From the NCBI GenBank assembly GCA_026770705.1, contig JANJGN010000003.1, positions 184,326,001-184,390,000 of the forward strand: a stretch of DNA of 64,000 nucleotides, given 5' to 3'. The stretch is from Isurus oxyrinchus (Eukaryota). Shown piece after piece: positions 61,099-64,000 of this stretch (position 1 is the first letter of the stretch; every line of letters starts with the position of its first letter). A program made the translations under genes and the position numbers. The notes beneath the pieces were generated by a model. The model was not told the origin of the DNA. It did not search any database and saw nothing but the letters and a program-made list of their open reading frames with translations.

Positions 61099-62088
61099 GG
61101 GCCGGATTTTGGCTACCAAAGTGAGTAGCTTGAGTTGGGAAATTTCCCCAGATCCACCTCAGTAAAAAGTGCCCCGAATTGCATAAGTTTGCTCCGTAGC
61201 AGGGAGGCAGGGGAGTCTGGCCTGTCGATCCCACAAGTGGAGCATAGGCAGCAATGGGTGCAAACAAGTGCTGAGGCAGGCCGGTTAGAAGGCCCATCAC
61301 AGTTCCCTGGGACTTTGTTCCAAGTGTTTTACAAATTGTTAGGCCCTCTAGCCCTCACATCCCCTCACCCTCTCCCCATCACCCTGCCCCTCCCCCCTCT
61401 GTGGCCCCTCATAACCTTCATGGCTACTCAATGCCAACTCATGCCCCCAACCCTATTGCCCCACATACGCTCTAATGCAATTCCATAGCCATTCATACAG
61501 TATCCACCATGAACAGACCTCTGGAGCCATGTGGTGATGAAAAAAGTAACCTAACAATCTACTAAAACTTTTTCTCCTACACTCTTGATAATGAAAAAAA
61601 AACTCCTATTCAAAAAGCCTTTTAAATCTCAAGTGATAAATCTCTTATAAGAACATACTTCTTTTCAGACCCCACATCAAAGAGAGTTAATTTTTTAAGA
61701 CTCTTTAAACTGTCAATCAGACTGTGAACTCAAGAAGCCCTACTGGAATAATGGTAGCTTTTGAAACTCAGCCAAGCATTCATAATGAGATAATGAACTC
61801 TATTGAAACTGCAGTAACCGTTTTTTCCTAACCTATGCCTGTCAATCAAATAGTCCAGTGGAGGTTTTTTAAACATTCACTGACAGCTGCAGTCTGTTTT
61901 TTTTTTAAGTTTAAAGAGCAGGGAATTTTTTTTAAAAACTTCAGATCATGTCAGTTATATAGACTGTATCGGGCCTTCAAGAGCATTTATGTCCACTCCA
62001 CCAATTTGTCACTACCACACTGTGGATTAAGGCCTTACAGCAGCAAAAATAGGATCTGTTGGAAATGGAACCTATGAAAATCCCACCC
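61099..62088. mobile_element. Non-autonomous Harbinger-type element (second family)
   Basis: TIR-like gggccggatttt / aaaatcccaccc. Similar to the reverse complement of 43730-45758. TSD not matched. Confidence 0.62.
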
Positions 62089-62320
62089 TCACATTCCCTA
62101 AATTAAAACAGTGATGACATTTCAAAAGTACTTAATTGTCTTTAAAATTCCTTGGAATGTCCTGAGGTCATGAAAGGCACTTACTTTCTTTATCTTTGCC
62201 ACCTCCAGACTTGGCAACTCCTGAACACTCCTTCCTGGCGTCCCAACACTGCATCCTCCATAAACTACAACTTAGCTAAATGCTGCCTTATGTATCCTGT
62301 CTCATACTAAAGTTCTCCTA

Positions 62321-63013
62321 AGGCTGAATTTTCCGATGGATATTGGGAATTCAACATGGGGACCATTTCCAGATCCAGAGCCTATACTGTTCAGTAGTGC
62401 ATCTGCCAGCTTAATTTTACTGGTGACAAATCAACAGGCCCCATCTTTGCTGTCCAATTAGGATGGCATGCAGCTTCCTGAGGCAGGAGCTCAGGACAGC
62501 ATGGTCGAGGGGGGCCAAAAGCTTCCAGTGAGTGATCAGTAGCAGCTCTGCTGAGACCAGAGCAGCAGGAGTGATGAGGAAGCACTGCATTCACCAACAG
62601 GAGAGCAGCCGAGACATCGTGAGGCTCATGGCAATCAGACAGTGATCTCCACAAATTGTCCAGTCAATGGCAAGGCTGGGAGATGGAAACACAACAGCCT
62701 TGTCATTTTTTGTCATTATCAGTTAAATCTCAATTATATGTTACGTGGCCTCCATCTTCCGCTGTGTAGTCGTTGCATCGTACTTGTTGGGGTGTAACAC
62801 AGTGGGAGATCCCTGCAATGCCAGCAAGATTGCAGTCTGCTCACAAAATGCTCGCTTTTGTCAGGTACATTGGCATTGCTGGTGCGGTCCTGCCTCCAGG
62901 AACACCAAAAGGAGGCAGGAACTCATCAGGGAGAGAGCCTAACACTTTCATTTCAATAATTTCATGCTTCCCATCTCCAAATTCACCTCCACGGGGTTGG
63001 GAAAATTTTGGCC
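62321..63013. mobile_element. Non-autonomous Harbinger-type element (third family) in an L2-like remnant
   Basis: TSD CTA/CTA, TIRs aggctgaattttc / gaaaattttggcc. Confidence 0.68.
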
Positions 63014-63145
63014 CTAGTTCCCCCAACATAACACATGAAAGTCTTTTACTAGCCATAAAATCCGTTGTCACATTTCAGGATTTCTGACTATTTTACCATG
63101 AAAGGATCTTTGAATTATTTTCTTAAAATACTACTTTTAAGTCAA

Positions 63146-63301
63146 TTTTTTTATTTGTTCATGGGATGTGGGTGTCATTGGCTGCGCCAGCATTTATTGC
63201 CCATCCCTAACTGTCCTTGAGAAGATGGAGGTGAGCTGCCTTCTTGAAGCTCTGCAGTTCATGTGGTGTTAGGGAGGGAGTTCCAGGATTTTGACCCAGC
63301 A
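63146..63301 (-). mobile_element. CR1/L2-clade LINE 3' tail
   Basis: Matches 52337-52512. Confidence 0.8.
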
Positions 63302-64000
63302 AATGTTTGTTCGTAAGGGATTAAAATTATCCACAGCAGAGTAAGGTGGGCGGAAAGGATGTGTTTTAGAGCTATGTGAACCAGATTGCTTGAGAGAATT
63401 CAAGTTCATCAAGAACTTCCCAGCATTCATAAATCAGGAGATGGAAATTTCTAGCAGGAGGTAGTGTCCATGGACCCCACCTGACAGAGGAGGGCAGTAA
63501 CAAGGTAACTGGACAACTTCATAGAAAGGGTGAATGTCAAAGTTGTTGACTTCTTGTCCAGCTAAAGAACAAGCAGCAGGGGGAAAAATATAGTTTAGTG
63601 GAGTTAAAACAAGTTTGCTAAGACACAAGAAGAAAGGTTTCTTTTTTAAGAGCTAAAGCCTAGAAAAACTTTAGTTTACAAAATTAGCTGAGCCTGAGAA
63701 CAGGGACAGTATTGTGTTATTTTCTAAACTACAAGATTTTTGAAAGTAATTTAACAAATGTAAAATAAAACATGTTTTCATTTGCAATCAGCCTCATGTC
63801 ACTGAAGTGTGAATCAGTTCACTTTTCAGAAAACAGAAATGGGGCACATGCAAGATTACAGTATCTAATTAATTTATCGTGAGCTTTTATTCTGACCTGA
63901 GGTCACACTAACACGTGACTAAAGTTTCAGAAAGTAATGGGAATTTCTGATCATAAGGTGTGTGCGATGATCCTCTTATAAGAGAAGCAGTGAATCGGAG

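Noticed and set aside
24555-64000. Upstream gfod1 coding exon (MLPGVGVFGT...)
   Set aside because: No ORF in the track resembles it; it probably lies beyond the window.

Overview
Vertebrate, repeat-dense genomic DNA. The repeat families (CR1, L2, DeuSINE, Penelope-type tails, Harbinger) suggest a cartilaginous fish; this is inference. The only host gene is the last coding exon of gfod1 on the minus strand (24554-23635). Its probable 3' UTR is ~4.7 kb, ending near 18930, and everything to the right of 24555 is probably intron. The rest is transposon-derived: two near full-length decayed PIF/Harbinger transposons (HARBI1-like DDE transposase convergent with a spliced Myb/SANT gene), three partial Harbingers, at least 8 copies of a ~600-700 bp Harbinger-type MITE built from conserved hairpins, other non-autonomous TIR elements (some nested three deep), CR1/L2/RTE fragments, SINEs, two probable solo LTRs, and five short Penelope-like inserts carrying intact or decayed minimal hammerhead ribozyme motifs. 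Most interesting: the hammerhead-bearing inserts (one in sense in the gfod1 3' UTR, one a perfect 63-bp-arm hairpin), the covarying hairpins of the MITE, and a C-NWN-R target consensus read from about a dozen Harbinger insertions. Most other ORFs in the track are spurious frames over decayed repeats. Coordinates were read by eye and may be off by a few bases.
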